Shown: one piece after another, positions 54,090 through 62,542 of the stretch
Layout of the letters: each line of letters opens with the position of its first letter
Position numbering within the stretch: the first letter of the stretch is position 1
Source: a virus
Lineage: Duplodnaviria; Heunggongvirae; Uroviricota; Caudoviricetes
Reading direction: 5' to 3' (one strand)
DNA length: 64,000 bases
IMG/VR virus record: IMGVR_UViG_3300027747_001395
The notes under the pieces: model-generated
The model's database searches: none
What the model saw: the letters and a program-made list of their open reading frames with translations, nothing else
Told to the model about the DNA's origin: nothing
Made by a program: the position numbers and the translations under genes

Positions 54090-54584
54090 ATGAATGATAT
54101 TCTACCAGGTTATCTAGTCAAGATTAAGTCTTGGGAAAATGATTTAGGCAATTATAATACAACTGAGTTTAGTGGACTTACTGAGTCTGCCGCTCGTGTT
54201 TTGATTTCTATTGCTAAACTTTTCTATAGTGAAAATGATGGTAGCTTTATAAATGGTAAGTGGAAAAAGCTAAGAGAAAACGCATTCGGTAATTCTGATA
54301 TTGACCGGACGAGAGATGCTCTTACACAAGCTATCACTCAAATTGTTGATAGCGCTCGTAGACTCAACTATGATATTCCTAAAGAATGGGATTTTATGAA
54401 TCCTGACTATGCAGACTTTGTAAATGATATTCGAAATAGTCTCAGTGATTTTTATCAAAAATCTATTTATGATCTCATTGGTATCTGGTGCGAAGGAGAA
54501 CTATATAGAGTGTTTGATAGCTTTGAAGTCTATCTAGTACCAGAAAGTTCAATTAAGAATGTTACCGCTGATTTTGGCGGATAA
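54090..54584 (+). CDS. Hypothetical protein
   Basis: RBS ttggagtttatattATG. 164 aa. Confidence 0.5.
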   Translation: MNDILPGYLVKIKSWENDLGNYNTTEFSGLTESAARVLISIAKLFYSENDGSFINGKWKKLRENAFGNSDIDRTRDALTQAITQIVDSARRLNYDIPKEWDFMNPDYADFVNDIRNSLSDFYQKSIYDLIGIWCEGELYRVFDSFEVYLVPESSIKNVTADFGG

Positions 54585-54595
54585 ATAGAATTCTT

Positions 54596-54681
54596 GGGGG
54601 CGTGACCAGATGGCAAATTGGTACAGTCGGCTGGTTTAAACCCAGTGGTTTTTGAGGGTTCGAGTCCCTTCGCCCCTACCA
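54596..54681 (+). tRNA. tRNA-Leu-like (anticodon TAA), extra nucleotides between D and anticodon arms
   Basis: Acceptor gggggcg/cgcccct plus CCA. D acca/tggt. Anticodon stem gctgg/ccagt, loop ttTAAac. T-arm gaggg-ttcgagt-ccctt. Confidence 0.45.
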
Positions 54682-54690
54682 ACTTAGTTG

Positions 54691-54736
54691 TTTACATAAT
54701 TCACGTTTTATGGTAGACTAAACCATAAGGAGTGTT
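54691..54736 (+). promoter_or_regulatory. Promoter-family repeat (variant TTTACA)
   Basis: TTTACAtaattcacgttttatgGTAGACTaaaccataaggag. Confidence 0.5.
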
Positions 54737-54737
54737 T

Positions 54738-55835
54738 ATGATCTTTTCCGAAAATCTTAAAATCCTGGGGACTGCGTTCCGCCAATATGGCTTCGAAATT
54801 CGAGTCGTTGGTGGTGCAGTCCGCGATAGCATTCTCAAGATGGAACCTAAGGACATTGATCTGTGTGTCAATGCTACACCTCAGGAGATGATTGAGATTG
54901 TAGAGGATATGGATTTCTCTTACATTCCTACTGGTCTGCAACACGGCACGATTACGATCGTTGTGAATGGTGAGCAGTTCGAGGTTACGACTCTGCGGAT
55001 TGATACCGAGACTGATGGTCGGCATGCAGTCATTGCATATACGCGTGACTTTGAGGCTGATGCAGCACGCCGTGATTTGACTATCAATGCTATGTCGATG
55101 GACTTTGATGGTAAGATCTATGACTACTTCGGCGGTCAGGAAGATCTTCTGAACTATCAAGTTCGGTTCGTTGGTGATGCTGATGCTCGTGTCAAAGAAG
55201 ACTATCTGCGCATTCTGCGGTACTTCCGGTTCATGGCTCGGTTCGGCAACATCAATCAGTGTCTGGATGAGGTCAAAGATATCTGCACCAAGGAAAATCT
55301 GGACGGTCTTAAGACTGTGTCGGTTGAGCGCTACTGGTTGGAAATGCAAAAGCTTGTCACCAGTCTTTATGCAAATGAAGTTCTGGATTGCATGTACTAT
55401 CATGGAGTTCTGAAAGCTCTGGGTCTCGGCAAACGGCGCCACTGCACTATCAAACAGTCTGCCGTTGGTGCTCTGGGTACTATGCTGAGTGTTGGTACTC
55501 TGGATTCTTTTCTCTTTAAGTGGAAACTCTCTGCTGATGAAGCTAAGCATCTTCGCTGGATTGTAGAAAATTGCTACAAGCGGTGGGATTGGAGGGAACA
55601 GTTGGTTGATGGAGTTCCACGTCAGTGGGTTCTGGATCTTTCTTGGATTGAGCGTGATCAGTTCATGCCAGTTCGAGTTGCTAATTGGGAAATCCCTGTG
55701 TTCCCTGTGACGGGTCAAGATCTACTGGATCGTGGTATGAAGCAAGGTCGGGAACTAGGTGACGCTCTGAAGAACCTGCGAGACGAATGGAAGAAGTCTG
55801 ACTTCACACTGACTAAGAATGATCTGCTGGCTTAA
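54738..55835 (+). CDS. cca: tRNA nucleotidyltransferase (CCA-adding enzyme)
   Basis: Class II NTase head motif VVGGAVRDSIL...KDIDL plus C-terminal HD-less tail-domain features. 365 aa. Confidence 0.8.
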   Translation: MIFSENLKILGTAFRQYGFEIRVVGGAVRDSILKMEPKDIDLCVNATPQEMIEIVEDMDFSYIPTGLQHGTITIVVNGEQFEVTTLRIDTETDGRHAVIAYTRDFEADAARRDLTINAMSMDFDGKIYDYFGGQEDLLNYQVRFVGDADARVKEDYLRILRYFRFMARFGNINQCLDEVKDICTKENLDGLKTVSVERYWLEMQKLVTSLYANEVLDCMYYHGVLKALGLGKRRHCTIKQSAVGALGTMLSVGTLDSFLFKWKLSADEAKHLRWIVENCYKRWDWREQLVDGVPRQWVLDLSWIERDQFMPVRVANWEIPVFPVTGQDLLDRGMKQGRELGDALKNLRDEWKKSDFTLTKNDLLA

Positions 55836-55860
55836 GTTGGCAGATCATTTTTATTTTAAA
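55814..55860 (+). terminator. Rho-independent terminator
   Basis: gatctgc-tggcttaagttg-gcagatc followed by atttttatttt. Confidence 0.65.
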
Positions 55861-55864
55861 AACA

Positions 55865-55918
55865 GTTGACATTTTTCCTTAGATGGGTTATACATAATCT
55901 ATAGGGAATGGAGATCAA
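55865..55918 (+). promoter_or_regulatory. Promoter-family repeat (variant)
   Basis: TTGACAtttttccttagatggGTTATACAtaatctataggg. Confidence 0.5.
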
Positions 55919-55919
55919 C

Positions 55920-56321
55920 ATGCTTACTCTCTCTGACATCAATGCTCTCACTGACAGCCATGACGGTGACATCTACTCGGACCTCTATAAGGACGTTTAT
56001 GGTATGCGTCCTCGTGGTTCAACCTTCGCTTCGTTGGACGAGTTTCAAGAAGACTTCGATCAACTCTCTGAACAGCTCTCACGCCAGATTGATCAGGAAG
56101 CACTTGATCAAGCCGCTTGGTTTGAGGAGTTCAAGGTTCGTGTTGCAGATACCATGCAGATGGTAGTTAATTGCACCAGCCGTGAAGCTGCAGTTAAGAT
56201 TATTGCTGATGCTGAAGGCATCCGAGCCGATGAGATTGAGTTCTATGGTTGGGAAGTTCTTGAATATCGTCTTTGTCTCCGCTTTAATTCCATTAAGAAC
56301 TGGTTGAAGGAAGAAGCATAA
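55920..56321 (+). CDS. Hypothetical acidic protein
   Basis: ATG after the leader. 133 aa. Confidence 0.5.
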   Translation: MLTLSDINALTDSHDGDIYSDLYKDVYGMRPRGSTFASLDEFQEDFDQLSEQLSRQIDQEALDQAAWFEEFKVRVADTMQMVVNCTSREAAVKIIADAEGIRADEIEFYGWEVLEYRLCLRFNSIKNWLKEEA

Positions 56322-56493
56322 TGTACGTAGTCGTTGAGAATTCTTCATATAGTCTTGCAGTCTATGGTCCATATGCATCAGCAGATGAGGCTGAAGCGGT
56401 AAAGAATGAAATGTGGTGCAGACATGCGGAAAATAATTTTTCAGAACTTATTTCGTATCATGTCCGGCAAGTTAGAGAAGTGGGTTTTATGTA
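56321..56493 (+). CDS. Small hypothetical protein (57 aa)
   Basis: TAATG overlap. Confidence 0.4.
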
Positions 56494-56659
56494 ATGATTA
56501 CTCCTAGTAGTCGATTGATGATCTTTGTAACACTTATAGAATTTGCGGTCTCAATCGAGAAAGCATATAATCACGATATTGCTTGGCTGATTATGAGTGT
56601 GACATTTACTTTACTTGGTGGTTTTTTGTCTATTCTATTTACAAAAGAAGGTTTGTAAT
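56493..56659 (+). CDS. Small membrane protein (55 aa)
   Basis: Two hydrophobic segments. Confidence 0.35.
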
Positions 56660-56812
56660 ATGACGTTTGATGAATGGTTTGATTCGCGACTTCCTGAATC
56701 TGATTTTGCAGATCACATGAAGATAATTAGATTATCTTTCAAGGAAATTGCCAAAGAAGCTTGGGATGTTTCTGCCGAACAGTCATTCCATTCTTGTCAA
56801 CCTTTTGCTTAG
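56660..56812 (+). CDS. Small hypothetical protein (50 aa)
   Basis: RBS aaagaaggtttgtaatATG. Confidence 0.4.
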   Translation: MTFDEWFDSRLPESDFADHMKIIRLSFKEIAKEAWDVSAEQSFHSCQPFA

Positions 56813-56824
56813 GAGCTTTAACTT

Positions 56825-57205
56825 TTGTACCATTTGTTTCTTGATGACGAGCGAAACCCAGGTCAAGTTACTTGGGTTGGTATTCCTTATGCTAACTATC
56901 ACATTGTCCGCAGCTATAATCAGTTTGTGAATCATATTGAAGCATTCGGGGTTCCTAAATTTGTGACATTTGATCACGACCTTGCCGAGCAGCATTATGC
57001 TGCAATGCTCGATGAAGTTAACGACAAAAACAATGTCGACTATGGACCTGAAAAGACTGGTTATGAGTGCGCCAAGTGGCTTGTGGATTACTGCGAGCGG
57101 AAAAGGTGTAGCTTTCCTGATTATACCATCCATTCGATGAATCCTATTGACTCCAAGCGAATCAGAGACTACATTGAAAGTGCTAAAAAGAATCTGCCAA
57201 TCTGA
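56825..57205 (+). CDS. Hypothetical protein (TTG start candidate)
   Basis: ORF of 126 aa. Start codon uncertain. Confidence 0.45.
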   Translation: MYHLFLDDERNPGQVTWVGIPYANYHIVRSYNQFVNHIEAFGVPKFVTFDHDLAEQHYAAMLDEVNDKNNVDYGPEKTGYECAKWLVDYCERKRCSFPDYTIHSMNPIDSKRIRDYIESAKKNLPI

Positions 57206-57214
57206 ATAAATTGG

Positions 57215-57250
57215 TTGACATTATTCTTAGTGTGGTTATAATGATACTAT
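57215..57250 (+). promoter_or_regulatory. sigma70 promoter (canonical TTGACA-N17-TATAAT)
   Basis: TTGACAttattcttagtgtggtTATAATga. Confidence 0.6.
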
Positions 57251-57278
57251 CGGTTCAACATATAATTAGGATTTGAAT

Positions 57279-58484
57279 ATGGCTATAATGTATGATATGT
57301 GCTACAAGGTTGATTCCAAGTCTAAGGTACGGATTTGGTATATTGAACAACAGGACGATAAGTATCGTACATGGGATGGAACACAAGGTGGAAAGATTAA
57401 GTGTTCTGAATGGCGGATAGCTTTTCCTACTAATCTTGGTCGGTCTAATGAACGTGATGGTTCTGCTCAAGCCGCATTTGAAATTGAAGCTCTCTATAAG
57501 AAGAAGTGTGAAAAGGATTATCATACTTCCATTGAGTCTGCTAAGACTGGTGGATCGCATATCTTTGAAGCTATGCTGGCTGAGAAGTATGATGCCAAGA
57601 ACTTTCAATCTGGTTTTGCTCAACCTAAGCTAGATGGCTTCCGTTGTATCGCAAATAAGGACGGATTATGGAGTCGTTCTGGAAAGCCATTTGTTTCCAG
57701 TCCTCATATTATGGAAGCTCTTGCTCCTCTCTTTGCCGAAGATCCTGATCTGATTTTTGATGGTGAACTTTACAACCATGAGCTTCGGGATAACTTCAAT
57801 GAGATTGCAAGCCTGATTGGTGTGAAGTCTGACAAGAAGCTGACGCCTGAGCACTATACCAAGACACGTGCGATGGTTCAATACCATATCTACGATGTGC
57901 CCTCTCATAGCGGTAACTTTGCCGAACGGGATGCGTATCTGGAGAGTCTTTTCTTGGATGAGGAAGATCCATGCCCTAAGTGTCTTCGTCTGGTTTCTAC
58001 TCAGGCTGTTTTCACTGCTGATAGTTTTGACCAGTGTCATGGCGAATGGCTTGAGGCTGGTTACGAAGGTTCCATGTGGCGTAACAATACAAAGTATGAG
58101 AATCGCCGGACTAAGAACCTTCTGAAGCGCAAGGATTTTCTTGACGAAGAGTTTGAGATGATCAAGACTGAGGAAGGTCAAGGTAACTGGGCTGGAGCGG
58201 CAAAATCTGTTTTCTTCAAGGTTCCAGGTGCCGCAATCAACTTTGGTGATTTGTTCTATAATCCTGGTAGTGATGAGATGCTACAGTACTCCTCAACTGT
58301 AGTTCCTTCTGAAGGCTCTGTCCGTGTCGCTAAGGCTGGAATCAAGGGATCTTATGAGCGAGGTGTAGAACTTCTTACTGAGACTCATAAGATTGTGACT
58401 ATCAAGTTCTTTGAACGAACTCCTGATGGTGTCCCTCGGTTTGGTGTAGCTACTATGTTCCACGGTTTGAAGCGAGAAATTTAA
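57279..58484 (+). CDS. ATP-dependent DNA ligase
   Basis: Motif I KLDGFR (KxDG). Motif IV EGSMWR. Motif V LLKRK. Confidence 0.7.
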   Translation: MAIMYDMCYKVDSKSKVRIWYIEQQDDKYRTWDGTQGGKIKCSEWRIAFPTNLGRSNERDGSAQAAFEIEALYKKKCEKDYHTSIESAKTGGSHIFEAMLAEKYDAKNFQSGFAQPKLDGFRCIANKDGLWSRSGKPFVSSPHIMEALAPLFAEDPDLIFDGELYNHELRDNFNEIASLIGVKSDKKLTPEHYTKTRAMVQYHIYDVPSHSGNFAERDAYLESLFLDEEDPCPKCLRLVSTQAVFTADSFDQCHGEWLEAGYEGSMWRNNTKYENRRTKNLLKRKDFLDEEFEMIKTEEGQGNWAGAAKSVFFKVPGAAINFGDLFYNPGSDEMLQYSSTVVPSEGSVRVAKAGIKGSYERGVELLTETHKIVTIKFFERTPDGVPRFGVATMFHGLKREI

Positions 58485-58870
58485 TGTATTTGACTTATAT
58501 TAAAACATTTAAAGAATGGCTAAGTGAGCGCTCATTTGGTTACTGGGTTGGTGTTTATGGTATCGTTGCTCTACTAACCTTTGGCTTTGCTTCAGTAGAA
58601 CATCATAATGAAAAGGCTAGACTTCAAGCTTTTAAAGATGCTCAATGTTCAACATTAGAAGATCGAGTTGCAACTGGTAAAGATTGCTATAGTTTAGATT
58701 TTGATAATGATCCTGATGGAATGGTCGGTCTTTTTTCTGGTGTGTTTTGGCCTCTTTACTGGACTAATAAGACATTTTCAGTTCTTATGCCAGGTCCACA
58801 AATGCCGACTGTCGTGACTAAAATAGTCATTCAGAAAGAATATATTTCAGAAGATGCAGAAACCGATTGA
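58484..58870 (+). CDS. Hypothetical membrane protein
   Basis: TAATG overlap with the ligase. N-terminal TM. Confidence 0.45.
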   Translation: MYLTYIKTFKEWLSERSFGYWVGVYGIVALLTFGFASVEHHNEKARLQAFKDAQCSTLEDRVATGKDCYSLDFDNDPDGMVGLFSGVFWPLYWTNKTFSVLMPGPQMPTVVTKIVIQKEYISEDAETD

Positions 58871-58918
58871 CATTTTTCTTATGGTATGGTAGACTAAACT
58901 ATAAGGAATGGAGATTGA
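58866..58918 (+). promoter_or_regulatory. Promoter-family repeat
   Basis: Consensus copy. Confidence 0.55.
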
Positions 58919-58920
58919 CA

Positions 58921-59067
58921 ATGTTTTCCGCCATCTCCACCAGTAGTTATGAGGCGCCGAAAGAGGCTAGATGTTGCTTACTCATAACTACTGATGGGGA
59001 TGAAACAGGCTCGATTTTCGTGAACTTCTTCATAAAAGACAATATAAATAAGATATTGGTTGCTTGA
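58921..59067 (+). CDS. Small ORF (48 aa) overlapping a duplicated structured element
   Basis: ATG after the leader. The body is the first copy of a 98-nt element repeated at 59106-59203, so it may be non-coding RNA instead. Confidence 0.3.
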   Translation: MFSAISTSSYEAPKEARCCLLITTDGDETGSIFVNFFIKDNINKILVA

Positions 59068-59105
59068 AAGCTGACAATAAAGACGGAAAGACGCGGGGGC
59101 AGTAC

Positions 59106-59203
59106 CCGCCATCTCCACCAGTAGTTATGAGGCGCCGAAAGAGGCTAGATGTTGCTTACTCATAACTACTGATGGGGATGAAACAGGCTCGATTTTCGTG
59201 GAA
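59106..59203 (+). repeat. Second copy of 98-nt direct repeat (first copy 58927-59024)
   Basis: Near-identical ccgccatctccaccagtagttatgaggcgccgaaagaggctagatgttgcttactcataactactgatggggatgaaacaggctcgattttcgtg. Contains a 13-bp inverted repeat cagtagttatgag/ctcataactactg. Confidence 0.7.
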
Positions 59204-59709
59204 TAGGGATATTGCTTAGACTGATTCGGTGGCTGAGCGGCCAAAACAAACTAAATGTCGCATCTAATGATAACGATATTGTTGATTACGCACTAGCTGC
59301 CTAATTTAACATGGGTTTGGTGGGTACCTTGAAACAGAAACCCACCACTTAGATGAGTGCTGGTCTTGATCGGCAAATAAGCAGGAAGAGGAGAGCGCAC
59401 CTCTCCGATGGATATCCGACATTAGATCGGCAAACTCGACCCAACCAGCATTCTTCTAAGTTCTATTTTGTCTATCTACTAAGTAAGCCCTTCTCTTAGG
59501 GGGAGCCGAAAGGTCCTAGACAACGGGTTCGGTGGTACCTTTGAACAGAAATCCACCACTTAGATGAATCCATTGGTTACCATGGTCGGAGCTGAACATG
59601 GTGTAATTTAGTTCTCCGAAATTCCAGTGGGTTCATCTAAGTTTGTGTATAAATAGTCTGTCCACTGTCTCAGGACTAAGGACTGATACACATACACAAA
59701 GGAATTACT

Positions 59710-59925
59710 ATGTCACTAGATACCCCATATCTCCTACGCATGGAGATGATCAAACTAGCTCAACAGAGAGCTTCAGAAAAGTTTCACGTAGAGTGGCAAA
59801 CTGCTACCGAAAAGGCAAGAATCAATGAAAGTGCTCAGTTTTTGGTTGAGGTCCCACCTTATCCTACTGGTGATAGCATTATTGAAGAGGCAAAAAAGTT
59901 TAAATCTTTTGTAGATAAAGGTTGA
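59710..59925 (+). CDS. Hypothetical protein
   Basis: RBS acaaaggaattactATG. TATAAATA element upstream. 71 aa. Confidence 0.45.
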   Translation: MSLDTPYLLRMEMIKLAQQRASEKFHVEWQTATEKARINESAQFLVEVPPYPTGDSIIEEAKKFKSFVDKG

Positions 59926-59960
59926 CATTTTAAAGTAAATGATTATATTAAACTAATAAG
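59922..59960 (+). promoter_or_regulatory. Promoter-family repeat driving a non-coding transcript
   Basis: TTGACAttttaaagtaaatgATTATAT. No ORF follows. Confidence 0.45.
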
Positions 59961-60286
59961 GGATGGTTACTGCAAACCGACTCAAGCCTTCGGGCGCATA
60001 TGTACCTTCGGGTACTCTCGATGTTAAATCCGGTCACTGAGCGCTTCGGCGACTCATGCTATTAACAACGGCCTGGCGGACCAGGAGTAGGTGTCCTACC
60101 CGAATGTAGGAATAGGGCTTCTCCGAATAGAAGAAGAGGTAAAAATCCGAATTCAAATAACATCCCGTTGAAATTTAGGTAAGTTACAGCCACTCGCAAA
60201 ACTTTTAAAAAGGCTTCGGCCAGGACGATTTTCGATTTTGTACGTCTGGAAATAATACAAAGTAGGCAACTTACCTGTTATCTTAT
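59960..60286 (+). ncRNA. Candidate structured ncRNA / long tRNA leader with four C(UUCG)G hairpins
   Basis: gccTTCGggc, gtaccTTCGggtac, gagcgcTTCGgcgactc, ggcTTCGgcc. No ORF above 30 codons. Confidence 0.4.
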
Positions 60287-60364
60287 GCTTTGTTAGCTCA
60301 GTGGTCAAGAGCGGTGATCTCTAAAATCATGCCGTCGGGGGTTCAAATCCCCCACAAAGCACCA
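60287..60364 (+). tRNA. Suppressor tRNA (anticodon CTA, reads amber UAG), Gln-like
   Basis: Perfect acceptor gctttgt/acaaagc plus CCA. D gctc/gagc. Anticodon stem gtgat/atcat, loop ctCTAaa (cf. tRNA-Gln loop ctCTGaa). T-arm ggggg-ttcaaat-ccccc. Confidence 0.65.
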
Positions 60365-60485
60365 CTTTACTTAAATAAAGGAAATAGTATGAGTACCGAA
60401 ACTATGTAGCCGTATGACGCAGTAGGACCTCCCGAAGGTTTAATAAGATCAAACAAACTCTTATTAAACAAAAAGGAATCCTATT

Positions 60486-60869
60486 ATGTCTACTTTTATT
60501 ACTACATTCAAAACTAAAGCAAAGAACAAGACACTCACAGCAGCAGATATTATTGCACTATGTGTCTATAAAACTATGAAGGCTAAGTCAGAAGACAAGG
60601 TCACAATCCTCAAGCATTTTCTCACCAAATCATTTACACCAGGTAAGGTATGTGCTCACCGTCAGTATCCTTACCAGTCTATTACCAATAATATGTACGG
60701 GTTTAAACATAAACTTCGTGGTGGTAGAGTTTGGATAAATGATAGTTGGAAACAAACTAATGGTTGGATTCTTAACACTGAAATTACTGAACTTCTTACA
60801 GAAGAAGAAATAGTTAAGTTTAGAGAACTTGCTGCTATGATTACGTCTGACTTTGTGAAAGGACTTTGA
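60486..60869 (+). CDS. Hypothetical protein
   Basis: RBS aaaaggaatcctattATG. 127 aa. Confidence 0.5.
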   Translation: MSTFITTFKTKAKNKTLTAADIIALCVYKTMKAKSEDKVTILKHFLTKSFTPGKVCAHRQYPYQSITNNMYGFKHKLRGGRVWINDSWKQTNGWILNTEITELLTEEEIVKFRELAAMITSDFVKGL

Positions 60870-60870
60870 T

Positions 60871-61260
60871 ATGAGATACTACAGTTATTTTTTCACCCGA
60901 CAAGATATGTCGCCTGAGCAACAAGTAGTTCAGACTGCACATGCTGCTTTTCAACTTGGTGTTCATTCTCAACGAGCTATTGTTGAAAAGACTGCTTCTG
61001 GTGATGGTTACGTCTCTTGTCAGTTTAATGATAAGGTAGTTCCTGAACAGACTCACTTTACACTAATTGGTGTTCGTGATGCTGGTGCTCTTAATGCAGT
61101 TGAGCGAATACTTAAGAAGTTTGGTTATCGGTATGAGAAGTTCTTCGAGCCTGATCTAAAAGATGGTGAGTTTACTTCAATTGCCGTTTATCCAATCTCT
61201 GAGTATGACCGAGATGTTTTAATGGCATTTAATTTGCTTAAGATCGCAAAAATTGGTTGA
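60871..61260 (+). CDS. Hypothetical protein (weak PTH2-like pattern)
   Basis: VQTAHAAFQLG and TLIGVRDAGALN loosely resemble PTH2 motifs. Confidence 0.4.
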   Translation: MRYYSYFFTRQDMSPEQQVVQTAHAAFQLGVHSQRAIVEKTASGDGYVSCQFNDKVVPEQTHFTLIGVRDAGALNAVERILKKFGYRYEKFFEPDLKDGEFTSIAVYPISEYDRDVLMAFNLLKIAKIG

Positions 61261-61300
61261 CATTAAATGTAAACTATGATAGATTGAATAATATTGAATT
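61257..61300 (+). promoter_or_regulatory. Promoter plus conserved leader type B (paralog of 62543)
   Basis: TTGACAttaaatgtaaactatgaTAGATTgAATAATATTGAATTTgGG. Confidence 0.5.
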
Positions 61301-61690
61301 TGGGTTGTCTACAGCATTATTTTTATGGAATCGGTAAAGCGTGGTGTTCGAATCCCACCGCCCACACCATCATTCATTACCTCTTTGGCGGACGCAGGTC
61401 GGAAGTGGCATTCTCGGTTACACGTAAGTGATCATAACGGTGACTGTGGTCTGTGATAAGGTCTCCTAGATCAGGGAGATACCTCACGTAATGAATGTTG
61501 ATGTGGGTGTAGCCCAGTGGTAGAGGCAACCGACAAAATGTACAACCCGTTGAAATATGAGATTAGAATGTATTATTTTTGGTTAGGTTTTGATACTGAA
61601 TTCTTTCACGAGATTGAAGCTCAGTGGAAACGTGAAGAGAAATGGGAAGGCGACTTTACTCGCCTTTGGTAAGAGATAAAAAGGTTTTTA
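61300..61690 (+). ncRNA. Candidate ncRNA containing tRNA 3'-half, 10-bp inverted repeat, and tRNA 5'-half (permuted order)
   Basis: T-arm plus acceptor-3' plus CCA at about 61337-61370. cattcattac/gtaatgaatg stems at 61372 and 61479. tRNA-like 5' half gtgggtg-ta-gccc-agtggtaga-ggc at about 61505-61545. Confidence 0.35.
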
Positions 61691-61691
61691 T

Positions 61692-62525
61692 ATGATTAAA
61701 CGAATTACTGTTAATCATTTAGCAGTATTAGCCGCATTATTTTTATCTTGTGTGTCAGCATACTTCTCCATTACTGGAATGGCTATGCTGTTCTCTGGTG
61801 CTACAGTTGCTGTTATGATTATGGCTACAGCATTAGAGTTCAGCAAGATAATTTCTGCTGCATGGCTCCAGCGCAACTGGAAGACTAGTCCAAAGCTTAT
61901 TAGAATTTATCTGATTCTAGCTACGGTTATTCTAGTACTTCTTACATCAATGGGCACATTTGGTTACTTATCTCGAGCACATTTAGCAACAGCCGATAGT
62001 TTGCAGTTATCACATCTGCAAATCCAACCTCTTCAGGAACAATTTGATCTTGAACAGAGTAAACTTAAAAATGCTCAGACGTCACTTGATACACTAGATC
62101 GCTTTGCTAATACTTCCAATCCAAAAGATGCACCTTTTGTTCGTTATCTTCAAAAGGCTGAGAGGCAGCGGATTGACAATCAAATAAGCGATTCAACTGG
62201 AAAACTTGAAGTTCTCAATTCTAAGTTATTACCTCTTAAAACTAAAGAAGCGGTAACTACATCAGACATCGGACCACTCAAATACATTGCAGAGATGATT
62301 TATGGGAAGGATGCTTCTAATCACTTTGATGAAACGGTTCGTTTTGTCATTATCTTCATAGTAATGGTGTTTGATCCTTTAGCCATCATTCTTCTATTAG
62401 CTGGAAATTCTAGTATTAGTAATGAAGTGATATTACCACCTAAACGTAGACCGGGAAGACCACGAAAAGTCCCAGATAATATGGTATCCATCCCTAAATC
62501 TTCAATTATGGATTTTATGATGTAA
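61692..62525 (+). CDS. Multi-pass membrane protein with central coiled coil and C-terminal AT-hook-like KRRPGRPRK
   Basis: RBS aaaaggtttttatATG. 277 aa. Hydrophobic N and C segments. Confidence 0.5.
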   Translation: MIKRITVNHLAVLAALFLSCVSAYFSITGMAMLFSGATVAVMIMATALEFSKIISAAWLQRNWKTSPKLIRIYLILATVILVLLTSMGTFGYLSRAHLATADSLQLSHLQIQPLQEQFDLEQSKLKNAQTSLDTLDRFANTSNPKDAPFVRYLQKAERQRIDNQISDSTGKLEVLNSKLLPLKTKEAVTTSDIGPLKYIAEMIYGKDASNHFDETVRFVIIFIVMVFDPLAIILLLAGNSSISNEVILPPKRRPGRPRKVPDNMVSIPKSSIMDFMM

Positions 62526-62542
62526 GCCGTTGAATTTTTTGG

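Noticed and set aside
54708-55718. Minus-strand 336-aa ORF
   Set aside because: It is fully antisense to the CCA-adding enzyme, which has clear motifs. It is a typical mirror ORF.
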